Assembly (NCBI GenBank): GCA_021613535.1 | Contig: CP075492.1 | Location: forward strand, 19,406,001 to 19,470,000 | Direction: 5' to 3' | Length of the DNA stretch: 64,000 nucleotides | From: Adineta vaga | Taxonomy: Eukaryota > Animalia > Rotifera | In this document: piece by piece, positions 1-12,797 of the stretch | How the letters are laid out: each line of letters opens with the position of its first letter | Position numbering within the stretch: position 1 is the first letter of the stretch | The notes under the pieces: generated by a model | What the model saw: only the letters and a program-made list of their open reading frames with translations | What the model was told of the DNA's origin: nothing | The model's database searches: none | Made by a program: the position numbers and the translations under genes

Positions 1-1000
1 CTTGTAGTTTGTCCTTTAGAAATGTACGTTGCATATTCTCGATGGTCTTGGTGGGTTGAGGGTAGTGTGTATAGGGTTTGTCGTTAGAACTCAAGTTCAG
101 TTTACTCTGCAATCAGACTTCTAGCTTTATTCAAATGGTAAACTGATGTTATCGTGCTCTCAGTTGAACTCTAAAGGAGCTATCATTATGTGGGGTGGAG
201 CTGTTAGACTTGTGATGGTATAGAAGTTTCGAGACTGTAGTGGTTGTCGGCGCAAAACTGTGCACAATGCCTGGTTTTAGAAGTCAGTTGCTAACGGTAG
301 AATCAAAGATTCCGTAGATGCCACTTCGTCAACGAGAAAAGTGATTATCTAGCTGCCTTCAGTGACATATCTTCTGAATAGTTCGAGATAGAGGCTGAGT
401 ACTGTAAGAACGAAGCATAAAGAGCTAATGTACGAAAGAAATTTGGTTCTCACAACACGTTCCGGAGATCGTGCATGTTAAAAAGCACAGTGTGATCAGA
501 GATTGTTTTCAAGCAGTTGTTGTACAAAGGACGTAATTAAATCGTATTCTTCTGTTATGTGGCACCGGAAAAAGTTTACGAAACACGTTTTAGCTCTTTT
601 ATGGCCATGATATTCTTCTTCTTTATACAAAGGCGCGCATTGGTCGACAGTAACTTCAGAGAACTCAGTTTTACTCAACTATGTTAAAGTCTTGTCAATG
701 GTGGTGTTAGGAGCGATTTGATCCACCTGTTTATGTGGATAGTGAAAGAACTAGAAGATGTCTAAAATCTACCAGTAAGTCGTTTTACGCTCCCGTCACC
801 ATGTACATTATTCTTTGACTGTCTGCCCGTATTGATCTCTGAAATGAATGGAGTACTGTTTTTCGAATACAAACTAATGTTTGATATTTTCAAGCTAGTA
901 TCCAATGAAACAATGCTAGATCGAAGGGCATACATGAATGCGATAGATTATTTCCGGTATCTATGTGTAAGCTTTCGATGAATTGATCTGATAATGAACA
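1..1000 (-). mobile_element. Heavily degraded Penelope-like/Athena-type reverse transcriptase remnant (tentative)
   Basis: Broken minus-strand translation near 30-170 gives ITSVYH...KPYTLPSTHQDH, resembling the TSVYHK...EPYxLPxxSDHP segment that follows the RT domain in PLE proteins. There are many stops and no intact catalytic YxDD was found. Confidence 0.3.
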
Positions 1001-2684
1001 AAATGTTTCGACTCAGTAGTGATGGTTCTTTCAAATCTAGTTAAAATGAATTTATACTACACTTCTCTGATGTGATGACAACAGAAAAGCGAAAAATCAC
1101 GAGGTTGTGAATGTGGTTCAAGAGATAGTTTATAGCCGCACTCAACCCTCACACTGCTGTCTCTTATTTCTCTCAAAAGTTATTTAAAAATATTCACTAA
1201 ACAGATGTTAATACAGCAGTCACATATGATAGAAAAACAGATCTGATCGATATTTTATTACTTCGATATTAATTGAAGTAGAATCAAACGGCGCAGAAAA
1301 CTAGAGCGTTGTGTTTCTATTAGACTGTACACAAAAAAGTTTCGTGAGGCTTGTTATACGATATTCAGAGATCATTGTCACTACTTTCGGATACCTCCCA
1401 ATCTCTCTGAATAAGACTTAGCCTTGAAATATACCATCTAACTTTAGAGTGCATACTGTACTGTGGGTTCAAGTTTCAGGTAAACATGTATAACTTGATG
1501 GAAAAGAGGCATGAGCGTTTATCCTTTTCAAGTTTTTTTATATCTGTCTAAGATACACTGACTGTAAAGGGTTCGAACTGAACAGTGGTTAATCACTTCA
1601 TATGGTTTCCTTGAAAGACGCCTTTAAGGAGATTGTGAGCATGCTAAAGATGTTTTTTCAACATTTTCTGCAAAGTTCAAGTAATTGTTCGAATTCGTTG
1701 CAGGCACCGGAAGGTTTTTTAGTTTCATAGCATTTACACAACTTTTTCTATTTCCTATTAAACGTTTCTGTTTTTCTATAATAGCTTATTTTTCATTATA
1801 TGGAAAGTGATAATTCTCAATATTGAAAGGATGAGTCTTAGGAACATAAAATGTTTGTTCACGTGTCAGGGGTCAAAGGCCAACGACTGAAGGTCAAAGA
1901 TCAAACTTCAAGAGAAAGGTGTGGGTGGAGCTGCGAGTGAAGGTAGGTTATGAATGAAATGTGGATATGGTTGAAGTGAGGGATATTGAATCGCGTGAAG
2001 GGCTGGCGTGGGTTTATTATTGGTGTGGGTGAGGTCACGGATATAAGCGTGGTTGATGACTTGATGGTGGTGTGGGTTAGATATTAGATATGAGTATGGG
2101 TGAGTGGAATATGTGTGACTGAAGCGAGTGACGTGAAGCTAGCTGTGGATCGGTTGTTGGTTTCGATGTTGGTGAGGTGGAGAATGTGTGTTTTTTTTGT
2201 ACTTGATGGGGAGAATGTCACGGATATGAGTGTTGTTGGGATATAGGTGTAACTCCTGTTGGGAATTGGAATGAAGTGGAGGATGTTGGGATGAATGCAA
2301 ATAGAGGTTTGCCTATCGTTCTGGTGGAATTTGAGTGGGAGTTATGAAGATGTGTCGAGCAAAGTGATCGTCTGTGGACTAGATTTTTGAGTTTGCCAGA
2401 GATGCGATTGCAGTCTTTACGTTTCATTATGAAATGATAGGCGTTCTCAAAGAGGTACGGGTATTGCATCAATTAATCCGATGCAATATCGAAAGGTGCA
2501 ACCCTAATCGACGGTCGCGTCCGATCTACAGTAATCGATAGTTTTTAGTCAACTGTCGGGAATGCTGGACGTTTACGTAGACACTGTCACAACTGCGAGT
2601 GTTTTCTTTCAAGACTGAGTCTAGAGCGGCTCGATGGGCCGACGCGTTACTTGTTACTAAGTTTGTTACATACGGCAAGCTATC

Positions 2685-2808
2685 GTTGATGTTGAGGTTG
2701 AGGTGGATGTGGATGACGATGTTGTTGATGTTGAGGTTGAGGTGGATGTGGATGACGATGTTGTTGATGTTGAGGTTGAGGTGGATGTGGATGACGATGT
2801 TGTTGATG
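2685..2808. repeat. 39-bp tandem repeat, about 3 perfect copies
   Basis: The unit GTTGATGTTGAGGTTGAGGTGGATGTGGATGACGATGTT is repeated, giving the 13-aa periodicity of ORFs 2526..2873 and 2599..2811. A third frame on the minus strand reads HPHPPQPQHQQHR. Confidence 0.9.
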
Positions 2809-3278
2809 TAGTGGTTGGTTCTTTTTTGTGTAAAATAGAAACATAAATGAGAGAAAAGGATGTAGTGAGTCATGATTACAACTTGCTATTTGTTCATTTA
2901 TTTACTAAGGATCCCTCAGACCATCTTGACGGTGTGAGTTTGAACGAGGGCGCGGAAGCGTTGTGTGAGGATGAAGGAGGAAGTATTGTCGGTGGGTGCA
3001 ACTGCTGCGCGAGAGTGTCATTAGAGACAGGTTCCTGGTGAGATACTCGTCATGAACTTAGCCTTAAGAAATATTCGAGGCTAGGGTAATGCAAATGGCC
3101 AATATTAGAGCTTCATTTTCGAACAACGAATTAACTCATGTCAATAGTAATTAGATCTAAAACTTTTACAGTACATGCTGAATACCTTCGATAGATTTCA
3201 GTACAGAAAACCATATGGAAATAATGCACCTTTTCTATATTTTAGTTGAATTCTTTCTTGAGATATATGGTAAATATA

Positions 3279-3617
3279 CTAACCAGGCGGCATCCGTGTT
3301 CCAGAGATGACCATCATCGTAGTGGTGTCTATGTTTGCCTGCAAGTTGCTACTTTGATCAAGAATATTGGCGAACAGTTGACAGTTCGAAGTCGATTGTT
3401 GAAAAGTGATTGCTTTGCACTGAACTTGACTTAAACAGTTGCTTCGACACTGTTGGATGTTCCGCGCGGTAAGAGTAGCGAATGGCAAACAAGTGGTGTC
3501 AGCACATTGAAATTGCCATCCATTCATGATCGATAGTATAAATGAGCTACTATCTTGCGCGAGTGTTTGTTCGACAAGAACAAACAAGAGCAAAACTGAA
3601 ACTCGTATCCAAGGCAT
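3279..3617 (-). CDS. Secreted PAN/Apple-domain protein (probably first exon)
   Basis: Internal Met at 3617 begins a signal peptide (MPWIRVSVLLLFVLVEQTLA). It is followed by PAN-type Cys spacing (QQCRSNCLSQVQCKAITF...SNCQLF). The ORF ends at G/GTTAGT, a likely splice donor. Confidence 0.75.
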   Translation of the reverse strand: MPWIRVSVLLLFVLVEQTLAQDSSSFILSIMNGWQFQCADTTCLPFATLTARNIQQCRSNCLSQVQCKAITFQQSTSNCQLFANILDQSSNLQANIDTTTMMVISGTRMPPG

Positions 3618-3929
3618 AACTATTGTAGTCAGACTTGAACTCGCTGAAAAGAATTGTATTCGAGATGAAGTGTGAGTTATCTGCTGCCGGTAGACACCTT
3701 TTATATTTCTTTTTTCCTCTTTCTCTCTTTCTCGTTTTCTATTGCTCTGCATAAGACATTTTTTCTCTCCATTAATATTTTAAGACAAAACTATACCTTT
3801 ATTTCCTCTTTTAATTACTAAATGAAAAAGCATGACGAAATCGGTCCGTTGGTTTCTTTTTCCAATATTTTGAGTAAGCCATGCATTGAAAAATAGTTGT
3901 TTTTCTTCATTACTGTGCAGATAGTCATA

Positions 3930-4295
3930 TGATGCGTCATAGCGTTTTCCCGGAAATTACATGTATTCGGATGTAAGATGAATTTCCCGGAAATCAAAAA
4001 AAACATTTTCCAGAAACTGTTGATAGCTGAATTGGTTATTCTAAACCCAATACACAAAGTTTTCATTAAGGGTGTCACGAAGGGTGATGAGATTTATGTT
4101 TCCTAGCGTAGTCAGAACTATTTTCAAAAAGAATTATACGAACTTTAGTTATAACTGCCATAATAGACATAATGGAAATAATCGAGAATATTCCAATTTC
4201 CATTATGTCCATTATGGTAGTCATACGTAAAGTGTACCATACTGTGGGACAGTTATGACAGAATAGGGCTTCCCGGAAAACGCTATAACGCATCA
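3930..4295. mobile_element. MITE-like element with 26-bp inverted repeats
   Basis: TGATGCGTCATAGCGTTTTCCCGGAA (3930-3955) matches the reverse complement of 4270-4295 with 2 mismatches. There is also an internal inverted CCATAATAGACATAATGGAAAT/ATTTCCATTATGTCCATTATGG pair. Confidence 0.65.
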
Positions 4296-4789
4296 AATCT
4301 TGAATACTCCGTCAACCGATATATGTACGCGAATATCTCTACTTTAAAATCGTAATATGCTGGAACTATCTACCATTTCGTCAACTATAAGTACCATCGT
4401 GTTAGATTTTCAACTTAGAACTAACGATATTTCAAAGCTGATTTATGCAGACATCTGCAAGATACTCTCGAACCCTCAAGATGATGAATCAAAAGAATCG
4501 AAGAATGTGTACATATATTACATCAAAGGATAACGAGAAAAGTAGAGAGCTAACAGAAAAGAAAAGAAAAACGAAGTTCAAATGAGTGGAAGAAAACGCG
4601 TATTTCAAAATGTCGATAATTGATATAAATGAGTAAAGAAAGAATATAATAAAGTTAATGAAAAATAACAAAATAGAAAACAAAATTGTTTTTCATGTCG
4701 AATGTATGCATTTTCACTAGAAAGAAATTCACTATGTATAAGAAGAGAAAAAAGAAATTTTTAACGTTCAATTTGGTGGACGTTTACAT

Positions 4790-5945
4790 TCATTGTGTTG
4801 AATTAGGTGTTTCATTCGACTCCTGGACCGTGAACCTATTTCTTGTTTTTTTGTTTGTATATATTGATATTTGTTCCGCGTCGTAGATACCGATATGTAA
4901 ATCACGTAGACCAGTAGTTTTCGATTTCGGTGTATTTACGGCATAGAATGGAATATTTTCATATTTCAAGATGTTCTTGATTTCATTGATTGTGAACCTT
5001 CTGTCGATATTTTTTATGATAGTTTGATTTTTATAATATCTTTTGGATTGTTTCAATGTGCATGTCTTATTTTGCATACGTTTACGTTTATCTGCTGTAA
5101 GTTGTGAAAATAAAATTTCATCATTTTCTTCATCTTCACTTGTATAGATCGATTCCATGATTTAATAAGAAATCTGTATTTTATTATTCGATTTAAATTG
5201 AAATTTTTTGTTTTTGCATTTCGATAATAATTCTTTCCATAGAGAAACAATCATTCGCTGCATACGTAGTAAGTTATTGCCAGTGTTAGAGCTCCTTTGA
5301 ATTGAAATGAGTTAATGATGGATCCAACCCAATATTAAAATTTTGATTTGTTGAGGTTTTCGATAAATATTCATTAAATTCAACAGCTACTACATCTTGA
5401 AGCGACCACTTATTTGATTTATCTTTTCCTAAACAACTTTCACATTTACAATTATTTGTTGATTAATGAACGTGATGTGTATTACAATAAATTTTAAATG
5501 CGTCTTGTAAATTTATACAACTCATATCATCGATTTGTTCATATGAAAATAATTCAGCTGATGTACCCCATATGAATGTATATTTTTCTTTCGAGAAAAC
5601 CATTTCAAATAATTGTTTGATTTGTTTTGTTCGATTAGACTAACAAGCGATCGATTATTTAGTATTGAGATTTGAAGTTGAATGAGAACTGGTTTGTTTC
5701 CATGTTTAAAAATGTTGATTGATTCAGTATCTAAAGTAAATTCTGACGAAATTGTTGCAGCTTCGAATATTCGTTCTAATGTTTGTTCGGTTGTTTTTCG
5801 ATTGACAAAGTAAAGAATATGGGATAATGGTGTAAATGATGGATATGTTGATGCAAGTTCATGTTTATTACTTTTTCGTTCTAATTTCGAACGAGGATTT
5901 CTTCTTTGATCTCCGGTAATGCTGGATGGAATATTTTCGAGTTGC
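4790..5945 (-). pseudogene. DEDDy-type 3'-5' exonuclease pseudogene, similar to ORFs carried by bdelloid Terminon retroelements
   Basis: Minus-strand fragments read EFTLDTES...PVLIQLQI (ExoI-like), KWSLQDVVAVEFNEYLSK...IGLDP and YAANDC (ExoIII YxxxD). They are interrupted by stops and frameshifts. ORF 4790..5158 is the C-terminal part. Confidence 0.6.
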
Positions 5946-6862
5946 CATCTTGAGATTGTGGATCATGCTATACTCTTAACCCTAACCCACACCCATTTAC
6001 AGTGCTCGCTGAACCTTCGAAACTAATTTGTGATTGTTTTTGTTCATTTCTGATTGTTGGTAATTTACGAGTTACTCGCTTGTAACATGCTTTATGAGCA
6101 TGTTGATGTATGAGACTTTATTCAAATAAGTCAGTTTGATAATACACCTTATATCCCAGACGAAATCTATTCTCGCTTTCTTTCAAATGAATCATTATAT
6201 AAAAACTTTTATGAAGACCAGAAGTCTTTCTACATACTATACATGTTCTTGCTATATATGGCATTTTGATAAATATCTAAAATAAACAAATAAAAGGAAC
6301 GGACTCAACAAAAAAATGGATAAATGACATTGCACATGTCACGTACAGTCTAGTCTATCATTATCACATTGGTCGTCGGTCACTAACACTCATCTGCAAT
6401 GTCTACCAATAAGGTAACAGTCCATAGATGTCGCACACCGAGCTGTTTCATTTTAATTTAGGAAAAAAAACAACATCGTAAAAAAGTCTTATTTTAAATA
6501 AAGCAATTTTCTGCCAAGTTTCAGTTCTAAAAAACGAGTTCCACACCAAAGTGCATAATCTAATCGCCTGATAAATGCACTTTCATCTCTATGTGATAAC
6601 TGACTATTATATAAAAAAAAACTACAATAAATAAAAATACATTGTAATATATAGATGAATTATGATAATCATTTATTATTTATATAATTTAAATAGTCTT
6701 GTTCCGACGTTTGACTGCAAAAGATCTTTTTCCTTTTGTCGTTCTTCATGTGTCTATTGATGAATCACGGCGACAACTTCATTATCGTTATGTCAATAAA
6801 TACGTATATCATATGACAAAAATAAAGAACGCTTTTACTTTGTTAAGAAATTGTTTTTTAAG

Positions 6863-8683
6863 ATGGAAAGCGCAAAACGTATTAAGTGTGAAAAAACGTC
6901 GTTTAATTGTTTACCAAATGAAATTCTTTCGGTGATATTTGAGTATCTATCTGCAAATGATATTATTTATACATTCTTTTTTCTAACTGAACGATTAAAT
7001 AATTTCTTATTACACAATCAACGTTATTTCAACTATTTGGAATTACCAACAGCAGATTTAGATATATGGGAAATCATTTTATCAATAATTGGTTCAAAAA
7101 TCAAATGTTTAAATGTAACAACAACTCATTTATTCTTTCCGTTAAGATATTTTCCAAATCTAAAATCGTTAATGATTTCTTCATTATATGGTTTATCAGA
7201 AGAGAAATTGACATATATCATTGAAAATGATCTATTGAAAAATTTATCTTCATTAAAAATCAAACAAGAAAAGATATTTCCCAATCCATATCTTCCAGAT
7301 AATGTTATTTGTGAAGATAAGATTTTGAAAAAAGTTTTTAATGAAAATAATTCCTTAGAAATATTTGAATATTCATTAATGATACAACTATCTGTCATAT
7401 ATTCAGATACAGATAATTATCAAATCAATTATAATTTAAATTCATTAACATTAGTATTAAGTAGTTTTCGAAGCATATTTGTTATAATTCGATTTACACC
7501 AAATTTAAAATATTTTAATGTTAAAACACGAATACCTTTTACGAATGAACAACAACCAATTGAGAAAACTAATGTTAAATTAAAAGAATTATATTTAACA
7601 TTGAATAAACCTCCTAATAACGATGGTAATCTTCATCTAATAATTGATGGAATAAAACAATTTTCATCCTCATTAGTTTGTTTATCACTCGATTTAGTTG
7701 ATTATTCTGTTCGAGGTATAAATGAATTTCCATTTGATAGTTTACAACTTCCACAATTATTGAAATCAATGAAAGAACTGAAAACATTTCATCTCTACAC
7801 TAAACAACCTTCTTTTCAATATCATAATAATATTGATTTATCACAATTTAAAGATCAATATTGGTTTAAACAAAATTCATCATTTGGAATGCATGGCGAT
7901 TATATTTATACATTACCATTTTATTTCAATAATATTTATGATTGTTTTCAAGATTTTAGTGAAATTAAATCAAATGATTGTAAGATTTTAGAGAGCAATT
8001 CTCGAATATGGTCTAAAGTTAAATCTATTCAATTGCCTAGAAGATGCGGATATGATAGAAATTTTGTAAAAGAACTCAAAATGAAAATGCCAAAGTTAAA
8101 TTTAATTAAATTTGATGCTTATGGGACTTCACCTAAAATTCAAACAGATGATTCATCATCTGAAAATATAGATGTTACATTAGATAATGTAAAGACTATT
8201 CAATTTATTCGAGGATCGATTGAAAATGAAAAAGATTGGATTATTTCTTCATTACCAAATTTAAAACATTTGATTTTATGTGATACAGAAATACCTTCAA
8301 AAGATAGTCAATTAACTCGAATATTAAATGAAAATATTCAACGATTAGATATAGATGCACATTGTCAAATTGAACAATTCATAGAAATAAGTTCTGTTTG
8401 TTTTTCAAATGTTGAAAATATTAATTTTTATTTAAATGATAGTTCAAAAAGTCCTGAATGGTATGCAGAGATTGTTTTGAAAATATTAAACAATTTTCAA
8501 AATTTAAAGATAATGATGATTCGTATTGCTCATCGATGTCACGGAGATGGAGAATTATCTTTTCCTGAAAAAAATTTGACCAAAATTATTGAATATTTCA
8601 ATATGAATGAAATGCATAAAAACTATCAAGTGGAATATATGAAAGAGTACACTTTATTTTTAAACATGTCTTTTCAAAATTAA
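6863..8683 (+). CDS. F-box domain protein with LRR-like C-terminus (expanded rotifer family), intronless
   Basis: N-terminal FNCLPNEILSVIFEYL is an F-box signature, followed by repeated xxFPNLKxL LRR-like units. The ATG is at 6863. Confidence 0.85.
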   Translation: MESAKRIKCEKTSFNCLPNEILSVIFEYLSANDIIYTFFFLTERLNNFLLHNQRYFNYLELPTADLDIWEIILSIIGSKIKCLNVTTTHLFFPLRYFPNLKSLMISSLYGLSEEKLTYIIENDLLKNLSSLKIKQEKIFPNPYLPDNVICEDKILKKVFNENNSLEIFEYSLMIQLSVIYSDTDNYQINYNLNSLTLVLSSFRSIFVIIRFTPNLKYFNVKTRIPFTNEQQPIEKTNVKLKELYLTLNKPPNNDGNLHLIIDGIKQFSSSLVCLSLDLVDYSVRGINEFPFDSLQLPQLLKSMKELKTFHLYTKQPSFQYHNNIDLSQFKDQYWFKQNSSFGMHGDYIYTLPFYFNNIYDCFQDFSEIKSNDCKILESNSRIWSKVKSIQLPRRCGYDRNFVKELKMKMPKLNLIKFDAYGTSPKIQTDDSSSENIDVTLDNVKTIQFIRGSIENEKDWIISSLPNLKHLILCDTEIPSKDSQLTRILNENIQRLDIDAHCQIEQFIEISSVCFSNVENINFYLNDSSKSPEWYAEIVLKILNNFQNLKIMMIRIAHRCHGDGELSFPEKNLTKIIEYFNMNEMHKNYQVEYMKEYTLFLNMSFQN

Positions 8684-9501
8684 ACTTTATCTTTTATCAA
8701 AATATTTTTAATCAAGACGATTTATTGACACTAAGACAATTCGTCATAGTAATATAATTCGATTAACTTAGAGATATATGAATACGATAACTATTAAGTT
8801 TATAGAACATGTTCTATAGAACTAAGATTTATTGATACAACTTAATTGTTCGAATAGATTATTTATTTGTTAAAGATTTAGTAATATAGCAAGATTTTTG
8901 CCTACCGTCACGCTGCTCTTTACGCTTTATCGTCCTCTTATCATCACTAATCTCTTGGATAGTTTTTAGTGTTAAATACGTACGTGCTAAATCGAAACTC
9001 AACTAAATAAATCACTTCTTTATTTAAATTCATATGTTAAGAATCACATAATCTCATTGGGACTAATTGTCTAGTCACCAATTTATTTTCTTAATGGTTT
9101 TCATTTTCATCATCGTATTCATTGTATTAATACTCTACTTTTTAGTAACTGTTTGCAGAAATAATCCATATTAATTTAAAAATCAGTGATAAAAAATGAA
9201 TTTTTGTATAAATCGGTGTGGGTGCGAATATTAGATAGATGTAATACTGACACCCACACCCTTTTTTGATTAATCTGAAACATTTTCTAAGCCACCTGAT
9301 GAGTCCTTTGATGGGCAAAAGACAAACCCGGTCATGACAGTTGCCCAGTTCGATCACTCTGATATTTTACTCAAGAAGTTTATTTCAGAAGTAAAAGCAC
9401 GAGGAAAAAATAAGAAGTATCATTGATAAAATAAGATGTTGTTTAATGATGAGTCCTTTATTTTTAACATCTAATTTTTCTGTTACCAATGTCGTCTGGC
9501 G

Positions 9502-11955
9502 TCATTCGGTCTGTTCTGATGATGATTCACCATTACCTTCTGGACGAGTTGATGGTGGTGGTCGACTAGTTCCTTCAGGTTTTGGAGGTTTTCCTGAACC
9601 TTCGAATTCAGGTTTTCGTCGGTCATCTCTACCTTCGATTTGTGGATGACGTTTACCATGACCTCCTCGGTGAGGATTACCACGACTAATTTGAACGTTG
9701 ACATTCACATTGACATCTAGGTATAAGAAAAAGATATGTAAAAATACCATGAATAGGATGAGAATAACGGTTATTTCCTGATATAAATAGAGGACTGTAA
9801 ACGTCTACGTATTTCTGTTAATCTATTTTATCGTAATCAAAGAATTAGTTGAAAAGAAAATTATACTCGCATTCTCTTAGATTTGGATTACTCAAATGAA
9901 AACTTGAAATTCAGAACGGATCAGATGAAAGTATTACAGTAGTCATAGTAAACTTTGGATCAAAGTATTCTGTATTATCTCTTTCATAATCAGAACTATT
10001 TTATACGATGGAACACAATGAACTATAAGAGAGTTCTTTAACTAAACTGATTCATGACTGTTTATAACAAATGGAACTAAATTCAGTACATATTGTAATG
10101 AATATTATTGGTTAGAGATATTATAAGAATTATTCACCATTATTATCCGAATTCTCCCGTTCATTACTGCGACTTGGCCAATTTTTATCGTCCTTTTCTT
10201 CTCGTTCAGGTTTGCCACCTGGTCGACAATCATCATCGTCTTTGTCTCCAGGTCGTCCACCATCCGGACTAGATCAATAGAGAATAATGTTAAAATAGCA
10301 GAAAGAATAACGAAGATCGTTATCATACCGTGTACCGTTCCATTCTGGACGTGGAGGACGTGTTGGACGTTCACCATCAGGTCTATATCGATCGAAAATA
10401 ATGTGAAAATAATACGAAGAAATGTAAAAAAACACTTTTACCGTGTATCATTCCTTTCTGGACGTGGAGGACGTGTTGGACGTTCACCATCAGGTCTATA
10501 TCGATCGAAAATAATGTGAAAATAATACGAAGAAATGTAAAAAAACACTTTTACCGTGTATCATTCCTTTCTGGACGTGGAGGACGTGTTGGACGTTCAC
10601 CATCGGGTCTATATAAAATAAAAGTTAGAAGTATTGTATAACTTCTTTTTAGCAGTCATTTCTATAAGTCAGGTAAATTGTTTTTCTATACTTGATAGAT
10701 ATCTTCATTGCTTTATATCTATACACTCAAAATAACTAAAATCTTTATTGAAACTATATGTTAATAGACAATGAGATTGATCTTTTTTTATAACTAAAGT
10801 TAGACATCTTTACCGTGATCCATTTTTTTCTGGACGTGGTGGCCGAGGTCGTTTACCACCATTGTGTTCCCCTTCTTCGCTGCTATCTTCATCATTACGA
10901 TCTGGTCGAGGGCGTTTGCCACCATTGTGTCCATCTCGTCCACCTTTTCCAGGTCGATCACCAAACCATTGTGGGCGTTGTTGTGCACTACCACCACCAC
11001 CACCACCAACATGTACGTTCACATTCACGTTCACATCTATGTCAGAGAAAATCAATGTGATTCTATAATACTAAATTGCAGATCTAAAAGAGTTTAAACT
11101 CTTCTGAATTTATGAAAAGAATTAAGACAATAGATTCATCTTCTTTCAAACCGAATACAATAACATCTCTTCATCAAAACTAAACCACTTCTTCTACAGA
11201 TAATAATATTTGCCCAGTAGACTCAGAAAAAGCCATAACAGAAGCGCGTTTTCCACTATGAGACCGTTTCGTTTAACCAAACGTCTCTATTACTGGAAGA
11301 AGACGGAAGGTAGGTAACTAATAATCAACAATTATATACATTTATTCTGAGTATAGAGAATATAAAGTTCCATTCGGTTATCAATAACTACATAGTTAAT
11401 GTTGGAGTACTTATCTTCCTTACTCATGTAAACTTAATCTTTAGATCAGCGTCTAGACGTGAAAACGACTAGCACTTTCTCCAGAGGAGCCGCGACCATT
11501 ATTCGCCTTTGAATACACATAAAAGTTTATACTTTCATACTCTCTATATTCACAATAAATATATATAATTCCTGCTATTATTCATCTACCTACTCTCTTC
11601 ATTAGGGAATGCATATTTATTTTAAACAAAACTCTGTTAGAGTTGAAAGGATGCATAAATTCAATAGCTAATTTACCTTCGTTTTTTTTGCCATTCTCAT
11701 CAGCTCTTTGAAATTGGTGACCTTTGTCATTTTTTTCATGTGGTGGTGAAGGACGTTTCTTAGGACCTCCATATCCTTCATCAGATTCTGATTCTTCTTC
11801 GTGGCTATTTTCTTCACCGGGTTTTGTCCATGGTTTTCTATCTGAACAGTAACAAAAAGCCGCCAAACTACATGGATTTATATAAATCGACTATTACCTT
11901 GGCACTGTACGACCACGATAACACACAAGAGAACAATACATGTAAATTTAAACAT
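9502..11955 (-). CDS. Secreted low-complexity G/P/R/D/E-rich protein, 8 exons, ~317 aa
   Basis: Manually spliced exons are 11955-11898, 11841-11677, 11036-10814, 10608-10555, 10495-10442, 10382-10329, 10268-10138 and 9716-9502. All introns are GT-AG, phases are consistent and the total is 954 nt. The signal peptide is MFKFTCIVLLCVIVVVQCQ. Confidence 0.8.
10329..10610. repeat. 113-bp tandem exon+intron duplication (three 54-nt exons)
   Basis: Three near-identical phase 2-2 exons encode RPDGERPTRPPRPE(R/W)N(D/G)TR and are separated by two identical 59-nt introns. Confidence 0.9.
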
Positions 11956-12596
11956 GTTTTTCAAAATGATTGTAACTGCTCAAAATGAAATCCATTATCG
12001 ATGTATATATATATATACCACTTGTTGAAAAGAAAAGGACATTTTAGTGTGTTTTTTCAACAAAGAAATTTAATACGAATGTCCTTTTAGCTGAAACCTT
12101 TACAAAGTCATAATATCGATGTGTGAACGAACGTAATATTATATCAACTGATTTGATAGCTAATATTATTTTAAGACACATTCAAATATTTTCGTACGTC
12201 ATTATAAATTATGCGAATATTTTAATATTTACTAACAAAATAAAATAGAAGAAAAAGAAGTTTGACAGTCAATAAATATGATACATTTGAAAAATAAACT
12301 CGAAATTTATACTTAGTCTATAATATGAAATAACATCCAAATCCTGCAGAAGGTCGTAGGTACGAAATCATCTAGGTCCATGTGCAAAATTCAATTAACT
12401 TTGATGATGCTTAATTAGAATACTATTAATCTCGCTAATATTCAATATGTACCAACAGATATGCTCAAATTTAACACCATTTATAAACTTACAATTACGA
12501 TGCAAATAAAATCATGATGTATGACTGTACATTAGTGCGACTTTATATCGATAGTGTGGGTTACTAACAGATCTGCACACCCACACCCTCAAGTAG

Positions 12597-12797
12597 TTTA
12601 TTGAAGCGGAAGCATATGAAAATGTTCTGTTTATAATCGAACTAATATTTAACAGATCCATTGATATATCTCAATTTTCTGATTATCCTATGACGAAGAA
12701 GAAGAACTTATCAAACCAGGCGCACCTTTTGTTATCGAAAGCATTGAATATGATTCTGAATGCGGCAAACATCTCATTTATCTGAGTATTATATAAC
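12597..12797 (+). pseudogene. C-terminal fragment of an arginine ADP-ribosyltransferase (ART) domain
   Basis: Translates to AEAYENVLFIIELIFNRSIDISQFSDYPYDEEEELIKPGAPFVIESIEY, an ExE catalytic loop similar to the ART domain at 36350-36480. The N-terminal part is missing and the fragment begins at a telomere-like arm. Confidence 0.65.

Noticed and set aside
2218-3041. Short ORFs 2218..2472, 2526..2873, 2599..2811, 2847..3041
   Set aside because: They arise from a low-complexity, strand-biased tandem repeat region and have no recognisable domain.
9295-9335. Hammerhead-ribozyme-like core CTGATGAGTCC...GGGCAAAA (similar CTGATGA cores at ~34508, ~50021, ~62722)
   Set aside because: The required GAAA and stems I/III could not be completed by eye, so at best these are decayed copies. 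An Infernal search would be needed.
10800-11097. Overlapping plus-strand and alternative-frame ORFs around 9446-11097
   Set aside because: They are shadows of the GC-richer exons of the minus-strand secreted protein.
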